Source: Gammaproteobacteria bacterium (GTDB taxonomy: Bacteria; Pseudomonadota; Gammaproteobacteria; Ga0077536). Taken from it: DNA of 64,000 bases. Location: positions 18,753-82,752 of the forward strand of contig JADLGE010000071.1 in the NCBI GenBank assembly GCA_020849475.1, in the 5' to 3' direction. Below, piece by piece: positions 37,318-46,974 of the stretch. The notes below the pieces were generated by a model. That model saw only the letters and a list, made by a program, of their open reading frames with translations. It ran no database searches and was not told the DNA's origin. The translations under genes were made by a program, and so were the position numbers. The stretch's first letter is position 1. Every line of letters begins with the position of its first letter.

Positions 37318-39069
37318 CTATGCGGACTCGGACAATTCCTCGAAGCCCGCTGAATACAGCCTCGCATAAGCGCCGCCCGCGGCCAGCAGATCGCGGTGCG
37401 TGCCGCTTTCGATGATACGGCCGCCGTCCAGCACCACGATGCGGTCGGCCTGTTCGATGGTCGACAGACGATGGGCGACGATGAGGCTGGTGCGACCTTT
37501 GCGCACGGTGTTGAGCGCTTCCTGCACTAGGCGCTCGGCTTCGTTGTCGAGCGCGGCGGTCGCTTCGTCGAGGATGAGTATCGGCGCGTCTTTCAACAGC
37601 GCGCGCGCAATCGCCACGCGCTGTCGCTGGCCGCCCGACAGGCGCACGCCGTTTTCACCGATCAGGGTGTCGAGGCCCTGTGGCAGACCGTCGGTGAAGG
37701 CGCTGACCTGCGCTTCGCGGGCCACGCGTTCGACTTCCTCGCGCGGCACGGCGCGCAGCGCGCCGTAGGCGATGTTGTTGTAGAGGGTGTCGTTGAACAG
37801 CACGATGTGCTGACCGACGTAGGCGATGTTGCGTCGCAGTCCGGCGAGGGTGTAATCCTCCACCGGCTGGCCATCAATCAGGAGGCGGCCGCTGGTGAGC
37901 GGGTAGAAGCGCGGCACGAGATTGACCATCGAGGTCTTGCCACCGCCCGAACGCCCGACCAGTGCCACGGTTTCGCCGGCGCCTATGACGAGATTGATGT
38001 CGTCGAGCGCGGTGCGCTCGCCGTAGCGCAGGCTCACATGGTCGAAATGGATGGCGCCTTTGAGGCGTACGTCGTGCCGGCCTTGGTCGACTTCAGGCGT
38101 GACATCCACCAGCGCGAAAATCGAGTCGGCGGCCGCCAGGCCGCGCTGCAGGAATTCGTTGACGCCGGCCAGGCGCTTGGTCGGCGGCAGCACCAGCGCG
38201 GTGGCGGTGACGAAGGCGATGAAATCGCCGCGCGTCATGCTGCCGTCAGCCGCCGCGCGCACCGCCAGCACCACCATGAGCGCGATGCCGAAAGACACGC
38301 ACAGCTGGATCAGCGGCACGATGGTGGCGCTCGACCCCACCACTTTCATGTGGAATTTGCGCGCGTCGTTGATGGCGCGATCGAAGCGCTGGGTCTCGTA
38401 ATCGTAGCCGTCGAAGACCTTGACCTCGCGGTGCCCGCGCACCGACTCCTCGGTGACCTGGTTAATGGCGCCGACCGACTCCTGTAGACGCCGGCTCATC
38501 TGGCGCATGCGCTGCGAGGCGCGGCGCACGATGATGGCAATCGGTGCGGCGAACAGCACCAGCAGCGCGGTCAATTGCCAGTTGAGGTAGAAGAGGTAAC
38601 CGAACAGCACCGTGATGATGGCGGTGTCCTTGATCAGGACTTCGATGACGCGCGTCGCGGCCTGCGCGACCTGGGTCACGTCAAACGTGAATTTCGAAAT
38701 CAGCTCGCCGCTCGAGCGGCTGTCGAAAAAGCTCGCCGGCAGGCGCACCAGGGTCTTGAACATGGCCATGCGCAGGTCCGCGATGGTGCGCTGGGACACC
38801 CATTGCAGGGCGAACATGTCGATGTAATTGAGCAGGCCGCGGGCCGCGAACAAGGCCACCAGGAGGCCGCCCGTGACATAGGCGTTGCGCCCGTTGGCAA
38901 TATCGAAATCTTTGTCGATCAGCGGTTTGAGCAGCGCCGGCAGCATCCATTCGGTGGCGGCCAGGGCCACCATGGCGGCGATGGCCCACGCGAACTGGCG
39001 CCAGTAGGGGCGAACGAAGCCTAACAGTCGATGGTAAATCTCGCGGTCCGCGATGGTCCTCTGGCGCAT
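37318..39069 (-). CDS. msbA: Lipid A export ATP-binding/permease protein MsbA
   Basis: Six-TM ABC exporter domain plus NBD with Walker A GRSGGGKTS, signature LSGGQRQR, Walker B ILILDEAT. Confidence 0.88.
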   Translation of the reverse strand: MRQRTIADREIYHRLLGFVRPYWRQFAWAIAAMVALAATEWMLPALLKPLIDKDFDIANGRNAYVTGGLLVALFAARGLLNYIDMFALQWVSQRTIADLRMAMFKTLVRLPASFFDSRSSGELISKFTFDVTQVAQAATRVIEVLIKDTAIITVLFGYLFYLNWQLTALLVLFAAPIAIIVRRASQRMRQMSRRLQESVGAINQVTEESVRGHREVKVFDGYDYETQRFDRAINDARKFHMKVVGSSATIVPLIQLCVSFGIALMVVLAVRAAADGSMTRGDFIAFVTATALVLPPTKRLAGVNEFLQRGLAAADSIFALVDVTPEVDQGRHDVRLKGAIHFDHVSLRYGERTALDDINLVIGAGETVALVGRSGGGKTSMVNLVPRFYPLTSGRLLIDGQPVEDYTLAGLRRNIAYVGQHIVLFNDTLYNNIAYGALRAVPREEVERVAREAQVSAFTDGLPQGLDTLIGENGVRLSGGQRQRVAIARALLKDAPILILDEATAALDNEAERLVQEALNTVRKGRTSLIVAHRLSTIEQADRIVVLDGGRIIESGTHRDLLAAGGAYARLYSAGFEELSESA

Positions 39070-39198
39070 CGCGCTAGTGTGCCCGCCGGCCACCCTTTTT
39101 GCATCCGCACAGGGCCGCGTGGCAACGGTGGCTGGCCGTGGCTTCTGCCCCTACAATAGCTTCGAGCCTGCATTTCGAACCATAAAACTAGACAGCCC

Positions 39199-40092
39199 AT
39201 GTCCGAATTGCATCCCATCGTGGCCGTCACCGGTTCGTCCGGGGCCGGCACCAGCAGCGTCAAGACTGCCTTCGAGCGCATCTTTCAGCGCGAGGGCATC
39301 AATCCGGCCGTCATCGAGGGCGACAGCTTCCATCGCTACGATCGCAAGCAGATGGCGTGGGAGGTCGAGAAGGCCGCCCTGCAAGGCAAGACCCTCACCC
39401 ACTTCGGCCCCGACGGCAATCTGCTCGGCGAACTCGAAACCCTGTTCCGCACCTACGGCGACAACGGCAGCGGCAAGCGCCGCTACTATGTGCACACCAC
39501 CAAGGAATCGAAGCGCCTGGAGAGCAAACCCGGCAGCTTCACCGAATGGCAGCCCTTGCCGCGCGACACCGACCTGTTGTTCTACGAGGGCCTGCATGGC
39601 GGCTTCATGGGCGACGAGGCCAATATCGCGCGCTTCGTCGATTTGCTGGTCGGGGTGGTGCCGATCATCAACCTCGAATGGATACAGAAGATTCACCGTG
39701 ACCGCGCGGTGCGCGGCTACTCGGCTGAGGCCGCCACCCAGATGATCCTGCGGCGCATGCCCGATTACGTGCATTACATCTGCCCGCAGTTCTCGCGCAC
39801 CGACGTCAATTTTCAGCGCGTGCCGACCATCGACACCTCCAATCCCTTCACCGCCAGCGAGATCCCGAGCAACGACGAGAGCATGGTGGTGGTAAAGATT
39901 GCCAACCGGCGCAAGATCAACCCGGATTACCGCTACCTGCTGGAAATGCTGCAGGGCTCGTTCATGTCGCGCCCGGACACCATTGTGGTGCCGGCGGACA
40001 AGATGGTGTTCGCCATGGAGCTGCTGTTGAACCCGGTCATCGAACGCATGATGGAGCGGCGTGATCAGGCGGTGAAACAAAGCGCGGCCTGA
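39199..40092 (+). CDS. prk: Phosphoribulokinase
   Basis: 297 aa; N-terminal P-loop VAVTGSSGAGTSSV; strong similarity to bacterial PRK from memory. Confidence 0.88.
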   Translation: MSELHPIVAVTGSSGAGTSSVKTAFERIFQREGINPAVIEGDSFHRYDRKQMAWEVEKAALQGKTLTHFGPDGNLLGELETLFRTYGDNGSGKRRYYVHTTKESKRLESKPGSFTEWQPLPRDTDLLFYEGLHGGFMGDEANIARFVDLLVGVVPIINLEWIQKIHRDRAVRGYSAEAATQMILRRMPDYVHYICPQFSRTDVNFQRVPTIDTSNPFTASEIPSNDESMVVVKIANRRKINPDYRYLLEMLQGSFMSRPDTIVVPADKMVFAMELLLNPVIERMMERRDQAVKQSAA

Positions 40093-40176
40093 GGGTTGCG
40101 AGGGATGGGCGCGGCGCGGCCCGGCGGGCGCGCCGCCATGGATACTGGACAGATCAAACCCTTAAGGGGGCTCGCG

Positions 40177-40836
40177 ATGCGCGCGATTCTGGTGCTGAAC
40201 GCCAAAGGTGGCAGCGGCAAGACGACAGTGGCGACCAATCTCGCCGGCTATTACGCGGCCGAGGGCGCCAAGGTGGTGCTGGCGGACTACGACCCGCAGG
40301 GTTCGAGCATGGACTGGTTGCGCCAGCGCGGCACCAACGCGGCAAAGATAGGCGCGGTCGATGCCGCCGCCGGCGCGCTGCGCGTGCCACGCAGCACCGA
40401 TGTCGTCATTTTGGATGCGCCGGCCGGCACCCATGGCGACATTCTCGCCACCCTGCTGCGCAAGGCGCACACCGCCATCGTGCCGGTGGTGCCGTCACCG
40501 GTCGACATCCGCGCCGCGCAACGCTTCTTCGGCGAACTGCGCGAAGTACGGCCGCTGGTGGATAACGACGTCAAGATCTGCACCGTGGCCAGCCGCGTGC
40601 GCGATGGCGCGCGGACCTCGGACGATCTGGAAGACTTCCTCATGGACCAGAAGCTGCCGTCCGGGCGCCGCTTCCCGTTCCTGACCTGGCTGCGCCAGAG
40701 CACGGCCTATTTGAAGGCGGCGGAAAAGGGCCTGTCGATATTCGAACTGCCGCCGTCCCAGGGCGCGGTCGACCGCGAGTACTGGGTGCCGTTGTTGAAG
40801 TGGCTGGCGAGTCCGCGGAGTTTGCCCGAGGGGTGA
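40177..40836 (+). CDS. ParA/MinD-family ATPase
   Basis: Start ATG 40177 after AAGGGGG; deviant Walker A KGGSGKTT. Confidence 0.8.
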   Translation: MRAILVLNAKGGSGKTTVATNLAGYYAAEGAKVVLADYDPQGSSMDWLRQRGTNAAKIGAVDAAAGALRVPRSTDVVILDAPAGTHGDILATLLRKAHTAIVPVVPSPVDIRAAQRFFGELREVRPLVDNDVKICTVASRVRDGARTSDDLEDFLMDQKLPSGRRFPFLTWLRQSTAYLKAAEKGLSIFELPPSQGAVDREYWVPLLKWLASPRSLPEG

Positions 40837-40846
40837 GGAGCGCCGG

Positions 40847-40874
40847 TTGAATGTGCGATTGAAATCGCACCTGC
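40847..40874. repeat. REP-like element unit B (ttgaatgtgcgattgaaatcgcacctgc)
   Basis: gtgcgat-tgaa-atcgcac hairpin. Confidence 0.8.
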
Positions 40875-40952
40875 GGGGGCGTCGAGGGACGGGGCATTTT
40901 ATTTTGTACTTATTAGTACATAATAAAGCCACTCCACCACCGAGGCGCTCCC

Positions 40953-41576
40953 ATGCAGCTCTATTTCTCACCGTTTGCCTGTTCCCTGGCCAGCCACATC
41001 ACCGCCCGTGAAGCCGGTCTCGATATCGATCTGATTGCGGTCACCCTCGCCACCAAGCGCACCGCCGACGGCGGCGACTTCATGGCCGTCACGCCCAAGG
41101 GCCAAGTGCCGGCACTGCGTCTCGACGGTGGCACGGTGCTGACCGAAGGCCCGTCGGTCCTGCAATACCTCGCCGATGCCGCGCCGGCTTCCGGCCTGTT
41201 GCCGGCGCCCGGCAGCGAGCAGCGTTATCGCGTGGTCGAGTGGGTCAACTACGTGGGCACCGAAGTGCACAAGCTGTGTTTCTACTTGATGTTCGCGCCC
41301 GATTCGCCGGCCGAAGCCAAAGCCTGGGGCCGCGGCCTGCTGGACAAGAAGCTCGCCTACATCAACAGCCAACTGGTCGCCCGCCAGTTCCTGGTCGGCT
41401 CGCAGTTCACGATTGCCGACGCCTACCTGACCTGGGCCCTGACCCTGTGCACCAAGATCGGTGTCGACCTCGGCGCCTATGCCGCGGCCGGCGCCTATCT
41501 CACAGCGATGCACGCGCGCCCGGCCGTGCAGGCCGCGATAGCCGCCGAAGCAGCCGCCGCGCAACAGGCGGGCTGA
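40953..41576 (+). CDS. Glutathione S-transferase
   Basis: 207 aa GST N/C domains. Confidence 0.8.
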   Translation: MQLYFSPFACSLASHITAREAGLDIDLIAVTLATKRTADGGDFMAVTPKGQVPALRLDGGTVLTEGPSVLQYLADAAPASGLLPAPGSEQRYRVVEWVNYVGTEVHKLCFYLMFAPDSPAEAKAWGRGLLDKKLAYINSQLVARQFLVGSQFTIADAYLTWALTLCTKIGVDLGAYAAAGAYLTAMHARPAVQAAIAAEAAAAQQAG

Positions 41577-41688
41577 GGCGTGCGGCCGCGTCCGTCATGG
41601 GCGCGGCCGTCGTGGGCCGGCCGTGAAGCCAATGCCGGTTAAGATCCCGCCATGTGCCGCCGCTCACCCGCTACCTTGTTGAAGTCCC

Positions 41689-42303
41689 ATGTCTCCGCCG
41701 CGCGGTAGGCCACGCAAGTTCGAGCACGGGCCGGTACTGCTGCGTGCGCTGGAGGTTTTCTGGCGCCAAGGTTATGCCGCCACCACCATCGACACGCTCG
41801 CCGCCGCCATGGGCCTCAACAAGCCCAGCCTCTACAACGCCTACGGCGACAAGCAACGCATCTACCGTGCGGCCCTCGCCGCCTTCGTCGCGCAGGTCAA
41901 GGAAGAGGTCGGCGCCGCGCTCGCCAGCAGCACGGATATCCGTCAAGCCTTGCAGGCATTCTTCGACGGCGCGTTGATGGTGTATTGCGCGCACGAGCCA
42001 GCGCTCGGTTGCTTTGCGATCTGCACCGCCACCGCCGAGGCGGTGGCTCACGCCGACATCCAGCAGGACCTGGCCGGCGTCATCGCCGGGCTCGATGCGA
42101 TGCTGGCAGCGCGTTTCAGCGAAGCGCGGGACGCGGGTCAGGTGAGTGCGACGCCTTCACCGGCAGACCGCGCGCGTCTTACCCAGGCGGTGTTGCACAG
42201 CCTGGCGGTGCGTTCGCGCGCCGGTGAGTCGCGCGAGAGTTTGAGTGCGATGGCCGCGCAGGGCATCGCGATGGTGTGCGGAGTCGATTCAATGCGCGAC
42301 TAA
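41689..42303 (+). CDS. TetR family transcriptional regulator
   Basis: N-terminal TetR HTH (GYAATTIDTLAAAMGLNKPSLYNAYGDK). Confidence 0.85.
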   Translation: MSPPRGRPRKFEHGPVLLRALEVFWRQGYAATTIDTLAAAMGLNKPSLYNAYGDKQRIYRAALAAFVAQVKEEVGAALASSTDIRQALQAFFDGALMVYCAHEPALGCFAICTATAEAVAHADIQQDLAGVIAGLDAMLAARFSEARDAGQVSATPSPADRARLTQAVLHSLAVRSRAGESRESLSAMAAQGIAMVCGVDSMRD

Positions 42304-42365
42304 ATTCGCATCTACCGGCGCACGCCGACCTCCGCTGCAGGTGCGACAAATTCGCACATTGAACC
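42303..42365. repeat. REP-like element unit B variant (gtgcga-caaat-tcgcacattgaac)
   Basis: Read directly between convergent TetR and AhpD-like genes. Confidence 0.7.
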
Positions 42366-42367
42366 CA

Positions 42368-42922
42368 TCAATCTTTCTTCGGCTGCAGACTTTCCAGCGA
42401 ATAGGTGCCCGCCGTCGGTTCGAGCTCGACTTCGAACACTTCCATCACCCGCGCGGCGAGGCCGTAGAACGCGGTGGCGATGGTCAATTCCACCAACTGC
42501 CGCGGCGGCAGCAACGCGGCCAAGGCCTGAAACGTCGCATCCGACACGCGCACGTTCATGGTCAACTCGTCGGTGAAGGCCAGTACCTTGTTCTCCAGAT
42601 CGTTGAACATTGCCGCGCCCGGCCCCTTGGCTATCGCGTCAATCTGCGCATCGCTCGCTCCACACTGCTTCGCTATTGGCACGTGCTGGGTCCATTCGTA
42701 GTTGGCCTTGGTGAGATGGGCGACGCGCAGAATCGCGAGTTCGCGCAGTTTGCCGTCCAGTTCCTGCTCGGTGAGGATGGACGAGCCGAAAGCCAGGAAG
42801 GGAATGAAGTTCGCCTGCGCGTGGGACAGCATGCGCAGGATGTTGAGCGGCGGCAGTTGTTCAACGCGCGCTCGGACTTTGTCATTCAACTCAGCGCTGG
42901 CGGGATAGGGAATGCGGGCCAT
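42368..42922 (-). CDS. Carboxymuconolactone decarboxylase (AhpD-like) family protein
   Basis: Start at internal ATG (MARIPYP...) ; CMD/AhpD-like helical fold features. Confidence 0.7.
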   Translation of the reverse strand: MARIPYPASAELNDKVRARVEQLPPLNILRMLSHAQANFIPFLAFGSSILTEQELDGKLRELAILRVAHLTKANYEWTQHVPIAKQCGASDAQIDAIAKGPGAAMFNDLENKVLAFTDELTMNVRVSDATFQALAALLPPRQLVELTIATAFYGLAARVMEVFEVELEPTAGTYSLESLQPKKD

Positions 42923-42939
42923 GGGATCTCCTCGGTGCT

Positions 42940-43800
42940 TCAGTTCGACACATGTGGCGCCCAACGATAGACACGCGTGAGCGTGCCGCCCACCAGCGCG
43001 GCGCGTTCGCTGTCGGTCAGTTTGAGATCAGTGCGAAATAGCTCCACGCCCTCGGCGTAATCGAGAAACGCCGTGGCACGCGTCCAGTCGGTGCCCCACA
43101 GGCAGCGCCCGAAGCCGTAAGCGTCGAAGATACGCGCCAGCGGCGCGTGGATATCGGCAAAGGGATAGCCCTGGTGCGACAAGGTGCCGGCGCCCGTCAC
43201 CTTGATCACGACATTGTCGAAGCGCGCCAAGGCCAGCACCTCGTCCAGCGCCGCGAAGGGCTGCGCCGGCGGCGGTGCTTCGAAGTTCTGACGCAGGCCC
43301 AAATGATCGAGCACCAGTTGCGTATCGGGATGCGCGCGCGCCAGCGCGGCGAAAAGATCGAGCTTGTCCCAGGCGAGAATATTGATCGGCAGATCGTGGG
43401 CGGCGCCGGCCTCGAGGATGCGCGCAAGACCGGCGTCGTGCGCGTCGATCACATGGTCGTGCCACAGCACGATGCGCGCGCCGACCGCGCCCGGCGTGCG
43501 CGCCCATTCGGCTATCTCTTCAGCGACCGAGGGTGAGGCCGGGTCGAAAGGCTTGATGAGGCCGAAGCGCGCGCCGTGCCTGGCGTAGACCTCGAGCGCG
43601 TAACTCGCATCGAAACGATAGAGGCTCCAGGGCGAGATCAAGAGCGCGCCGTCGACCCCCACCGCATCCATGGCCGCCACCATGTCATCGCCCGTGACTT
43701 CAACGGGACCATGCAAATGGCCGACCCACGGACGCTGCGCATGATTGCGCTCGTAGGTGTGGACCTGGGCGTCGATGATGGGCGTGGCGCTTAACGACAT
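42940..43800 (-). CDS. Amidohydrolase-2 (TIM-barrel metal-dependent hydrolase) family protein
   Basis: IIDAQVHTY metal-binding motif near N-terminus; start assigned to third ATG (MSLS) 6 nt after GGAG. Confidence 0.72.
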   Translation of the reverse strand: MSLSATPIIDAQVHTYERNHAQRPWVGHLHGPVEVTGDDMVAAMDAVGVDGALLISPWSLYRFDASYALEVYARHGARFGLIKPFDPASPSVAEEIAEWARTPGAVGARIVLWHDHVIDAHDAGLARILEAGAAHDLPINILAWDKLDLFAALARAHPDTQLVLDHLGLRQNFEAPPPAQPFAALDEVLALARFDNVVIKVTGAGTLSHQGYPFADIHAPLARIFDAYGFGRCLWGTDWTRATAFLDYAEGVELFRTDLKLTDSERAALVGGTLTRVYRWAPHVSN

Positions 43801-43828
43801 GGGCATCTCCGCAGGCAAATGCGCGACC

Positions 43829-43897
43829 TTGTGGGTCAGACTTCAGTCTGACATTCAATTGCGCGGCTCAAGTGTCAGGCTGAAGACTGACCCACAA
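43829..43897. repeat. REP-like element, inverted pair of unit A hairpins (tgtgggtcagac-ttca-gtctgacatt ... gtgtcaggc-tgaa-gactgacccacaa)
   Basis: Read directly. Confidence 0.85.
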
Positions 43898-43906
43898 ACC
43901 CATCGC

Positions 43907-45088
43907 TCAACTCGTCGCCAACTCCAACCCACGCTTGCGATAGCGCTGCGCCGCATCGGTGTCGCCGGCGCCCTCCGCCACTTCCGCCAGCAGCCGATAG
44001 AACAGCGGCAGGGGATGTGCGGCCACCAGTTGTTCGAGCTGGGTGCGGGCCGGGCCCCACAGCTGCGAGCGAATGGCGAGGCGCGCGCGCGCCAGGCGCA
44101 GGCCGCCGTCGGCGTCGTGTCGTTGCGCCCATTGTTCGACACGCCGCAGTTGGCGCGCCGCCGGTTCGCAATGAATCTCGCCATAGAGCGCCGCGAGATC
44201 GCTATGCCAGTTGGCATCGAGATGACGGGCCAGCAAGCGTTCGGCTTCATCGTCACGACCGACACGCGCCAGCGCACGGACATAGGCCGCCAGCACTTCC
44301 GGCGTGGCGCGCAGCGACTTGGAAAAACCTTCCCACAAGACCGTCAAGGCCTCACTGGCAAGCGCGCGATCGCCGAGCACCGCCACCGCGCATTGCCTTT
44401 CCAGTGCATCGGCCTGGTCATGGCTCATCACGCGGTCGCGACGCAGGGCCGGCAGCAGGCGCAATACGCCGGCATGATCGCCGCGCTGTTGCAGCAGCTT
44501 CAATTGCAGCGCCAACAAGGCCGGACTCTGTGGCTGCCTGGCTTTCAATTCGTCCAACAGTTGAGCCGCTTCGTCGCCGTGCTGCTGCTCGAGCAGCCAC
44601 GCCGCGCGCTGCATGTCGAGGCTGGCCGCGACGTCCGGCTTAAGATCGCGCGCGAGGCGCAGGTAGTTGTCGCGGCGGCCATGGGCGTGCATGGCCTGCG
44701 CGGCTTCGGCGGCTGCCAGGTAATGCACTTCGGGTTGCGCCTGGTCGTCGGCGCCGAGACTGAACAGGCGCTCGGCACGTGCATGATCGCCGGCCGCGCG
44801 CGCCAACAGGCCATCGGCCAGCGAGCGATAGGCGCGGCGCCGACGATAATCGCCCGACCAGCGTCCGAAACGTCCGCGCAGCGCCAGGAGATGCGCAAGC
44901 AGGCGCAGCACGATGTACAGCGTCAGAACGCTGCCCAGCACCGCGATGACGAAAAAGGCGAAGGTCGTGCGGATGACCTTGCCGCCGATGCCGATGACCA
45001 TGAAGCCCGGATCGACGGCGATGAAATGGCCGGCCAGCACGGCCGCCATCAAGGCCACGAGCGCGACCACGACGACGCGCACGATCAT
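43907..45088 (-). CDS. hemY: HemY-like protein (heme biosynthesis-associated TPR membrane protein)
   Basis: Two N-terminal TM helices then TPR-like repeats; positioned at the end of hemCDXY. Confidence 0.78.
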   Translation of the reverse strand: MIVRVVVVALVALMAAVLAGHFIAVDPGFMVIGIGGKVIRTTFAFFVIAVLGSVLTLYIVLRLLAHLLALRGRFGRWSGDYRRRRAYRSLADGLLARAAGDHARAERLFSLGADDQAQPEVHYLAAAEAAQAMHAHGRRDNYLRLARDLKPDVAASLDMQRAAWLLEQQHGDEAAQLLDELKARQPQSPALLALQLKLLQQRGDHAGVLRLLPALRRDRVMSHDQADALERQCAVAVLGDRALASEALTVLWEGFSKSLRATPEVLAAYVRALARVGRDDEAERLLARHLDANWHSDLAALYGEIHCEPAARQLRRVEQWAQRHDADGGLRLARARLAIRSQLWGPARTQLEQLVAAHPLPLFYRLLAEVAEGAGDTDAAQRYRKRGLELATS

Positions 45089-46176
45089 GGCTGGGCGGGA
45101 ACTTCCGCGGGCGTCGCTTCGACGGCGGCGGCCGGCGCCACCACCTGCGCCGCGCGCGCGGCGCGCACCGCGTCGAGGCTGGCGCCGAGCGTCGGCAGAC
45201 TGGGCGCGAGTTCGATGTTGCGCACCTCGGCGAGCATGGTTGCGAGCGCTTTCACCGCTGCCTCATCGGCGTCGTAATAGCGCGAGACGATGTCCTGCAC
45301 TATCTCGACGGCAACGCGGAAGTTGGTGGTGTCGCGTTCCATGATGGCGAGCCGCGCGCTGGACAGTTCGAGCTTGAGATTCTGTTCGACCAGCTTGCGC
45401 AGCTTAGGATCGAACAGCACGTCGTCGGGCAGTTTGTCGTCCTTGACCTCGACCAGGCTCATGAGGTCATCCCACATCGCCTTCAGCACGCCGCGCCAGT
45501 TGTCCGGCGTGACAGGCTGTTCACGGCTGTGCTTGAACGAGGTGTCGACGGCGGCGATGGCCTTGGTCTGCAACTGATCGACCTTGCGGATCTGCGCGGC
45601 GAATTTCAGCGACAGGCCTTCGATGTCCGGCAGGGCGACGGCGGCCAGCGCCTGCTCATCGCGCGCCAGTTGTTCACGCAGCAGCGCGAGGCTCGGATGG
45701 TCGGCGCCGCGCAGACGGTCATCGGCGGCGGTGAGGGCCGCACGCGCGGTGGCGACGTCATGTGCGAGCGCGAGACGCTGACTGGCCGCGAGGATCAGGA
45801 ACTCACATTCGGCCAGCGCCAGATCCAGCGACCGATCGCCGCGCTGTGCTGCAAGTTCCTTCAGCGCCGCGGACAGCCCTGTGTTGGCAGTGCGCAGGCT
45901 TTCGATGCTGGCGAGCATCTCACCCTGGACGCTTTCGAAGCGGGCGAGGCGCTCGGCGCTGTCGGTCACGCGCTTGGTCAGCGTGTCACGCTCGGCGCCG
46001 GCGTCATCGAGTCGCGCGCGCAGCGCGGCGTTGCCCGGCGCCGCCACGAAGCGTGTCCAGTAGTAGCCACCGGCCGCTACCGCCACGCTCAAGGTCAAGG
46101 CCAGCAGCGCGAGCTTGCCGCCGCGCGCGGGCGCGGCTTGCGGCGCTTTCGCCGCCGGCTGCGGGGTGTCGCTCAT
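45085..46176 (-). CDS. hemX: HemX family membrane protein (annotated uroporphyrinogen-III C-methyltransferase-like)
   Basis: N-terminal Pro/Ala-rich region, single TM, long coiled-coil periplasmic domain; 4-nt overlaps with hemD and hemY. Confidence 0.75.
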   Translation of the reverse strand: MSDTPQPAAKAPQAAPARGGKLALLALTLSVAVAAGGYYWTRFVAAPGNAALRARLDDAGAERDTLTKRVTDSAERLARFESVQGEMLASIESLRTANTGLSAALKELAAQRGDRSLDLALAECEFLILAASQRLALAHDVATARAALTAADDRLRGADHPSLALLREQLARDEQALAAVALPDIEGLSLKFAAQIRKVDQLQTKAIAAVDTSFKHSREQPVTPDNWRGVLKAMWDDLMSLVEVKDDKLPDDVLFDPKLRKLVEQNLKLELSSARLAIMERDTTNFRVAVEIVQDIVSRYYDADEAAVKALATMLAEVRNIELAPSLPTLGASLDAVRAARAAQVVAPAAAVEATPAEVPAQP

Positions 46177-46967
46177 GCTTCGTCGTTCGCCCAGTGGATG
46201 AGTCGTTTAAGAATGCTGTCGTCGGACGGATTCTCGACCACCAGCGCGCGATGGGTGAAGCCGCGCGCTTCGACCTCCTGGCCGACACGCGAACCGACCA
46301 CCAGCATCTGCATGTCGAACAATTGGTCGATGCCTTCCTCTTCGATTTTCTCGACGAGGTTGTCGAGCACTTCGATACTGGTGGCAAGACCGATGTCCGG
46401 CACCTTCACCGCGCTCTTCTTCAAAGTGCTGCCGAGCACCAGCGGCGGCTTGCTGCGTTCATAACATTCGCAATAGACGACGTTGGCGTTGCGCCGTTCG
46501 AGGGTCTTGGCGAGATACTCGCGACCACCGACGCCGCGGAAGATGACGATGCGCTTGTCTTTGATCTTCGCTTCCGACAGACCGTCGAGCCTGAGCAGGC
46601 CTTCGGAGCTGAATTCGCTGGCGGGCGTGATGACATTCTTCACGCCGAGATTCTTCAGGCATGCGGCGGTGCCAAGACCCACCGCGAACACCGGCATGTC
46701 ATCCAATGACTGCCCTTCTTCCTTGATCAGCGCCACACCGAACTCGGCGGCATTACGACTGACGAAAATCACGATGTCGAAACTGCGCAGATCGCGCGCC
46801 ACCGCGCCCGCGACTGAACCGTCATGCAAGCCGGTGATCACGATCATGGGCGCGCGTATGGCGATGCCGCCGGCGCCTTCGATGGTCCGCGCCAGGCTTT
46901 CAGCCTGTTCAGTCGGGCGCGTCACCAGCACCGAGATTCCGTCCAATGCGTCGTCTTCTATCTGCAT
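46173..46967 (-). CDS. hemD: Uroporphyrinogen-III synthase
   Basis: Start at internal ATG (MQIEDDALDGISVLVTRP...); HemD fold. Confidence 0.85.
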   Translation of the reverse strand: MQIEDDALDGISVLVTRPTEQAESLARTIEGAGGIAIRAPMIVITGLHDGSVAGAVARDLRSFDIVIFVSRNAAEFGVALIKEEGQSLDDMPVFAVGLGTAACLKNLGVKNVITPASEFSSEGLLRLDGLSEAKIKDKRIVIFRGVGGREYLAKTLERRNANVVYCECYERSKPPLVLGSTLKKSAVKVPDIGLATSIEVLDNLVEKIEEEGIDQLFDMQMLVVGSRVGQEVEARGFTHRALVVENPSDDSILKRLIHWANDEA

Positions 46968-46974
46968 TCTGGAA

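Noticed and set aside
39199-40836. Calvin-cycle (cbb) operon
   Set aside because: Only PRK is present. No RuBisCO, cbbR or carboxysome genes are in the window, so autotrophy cannot be claimed.
43757-45277. 506-aa plus-strand ORF
   Set aside because: It is antisense to hemY/hemX. Its translation is Arg/Ala/Gly-rich low complexity.
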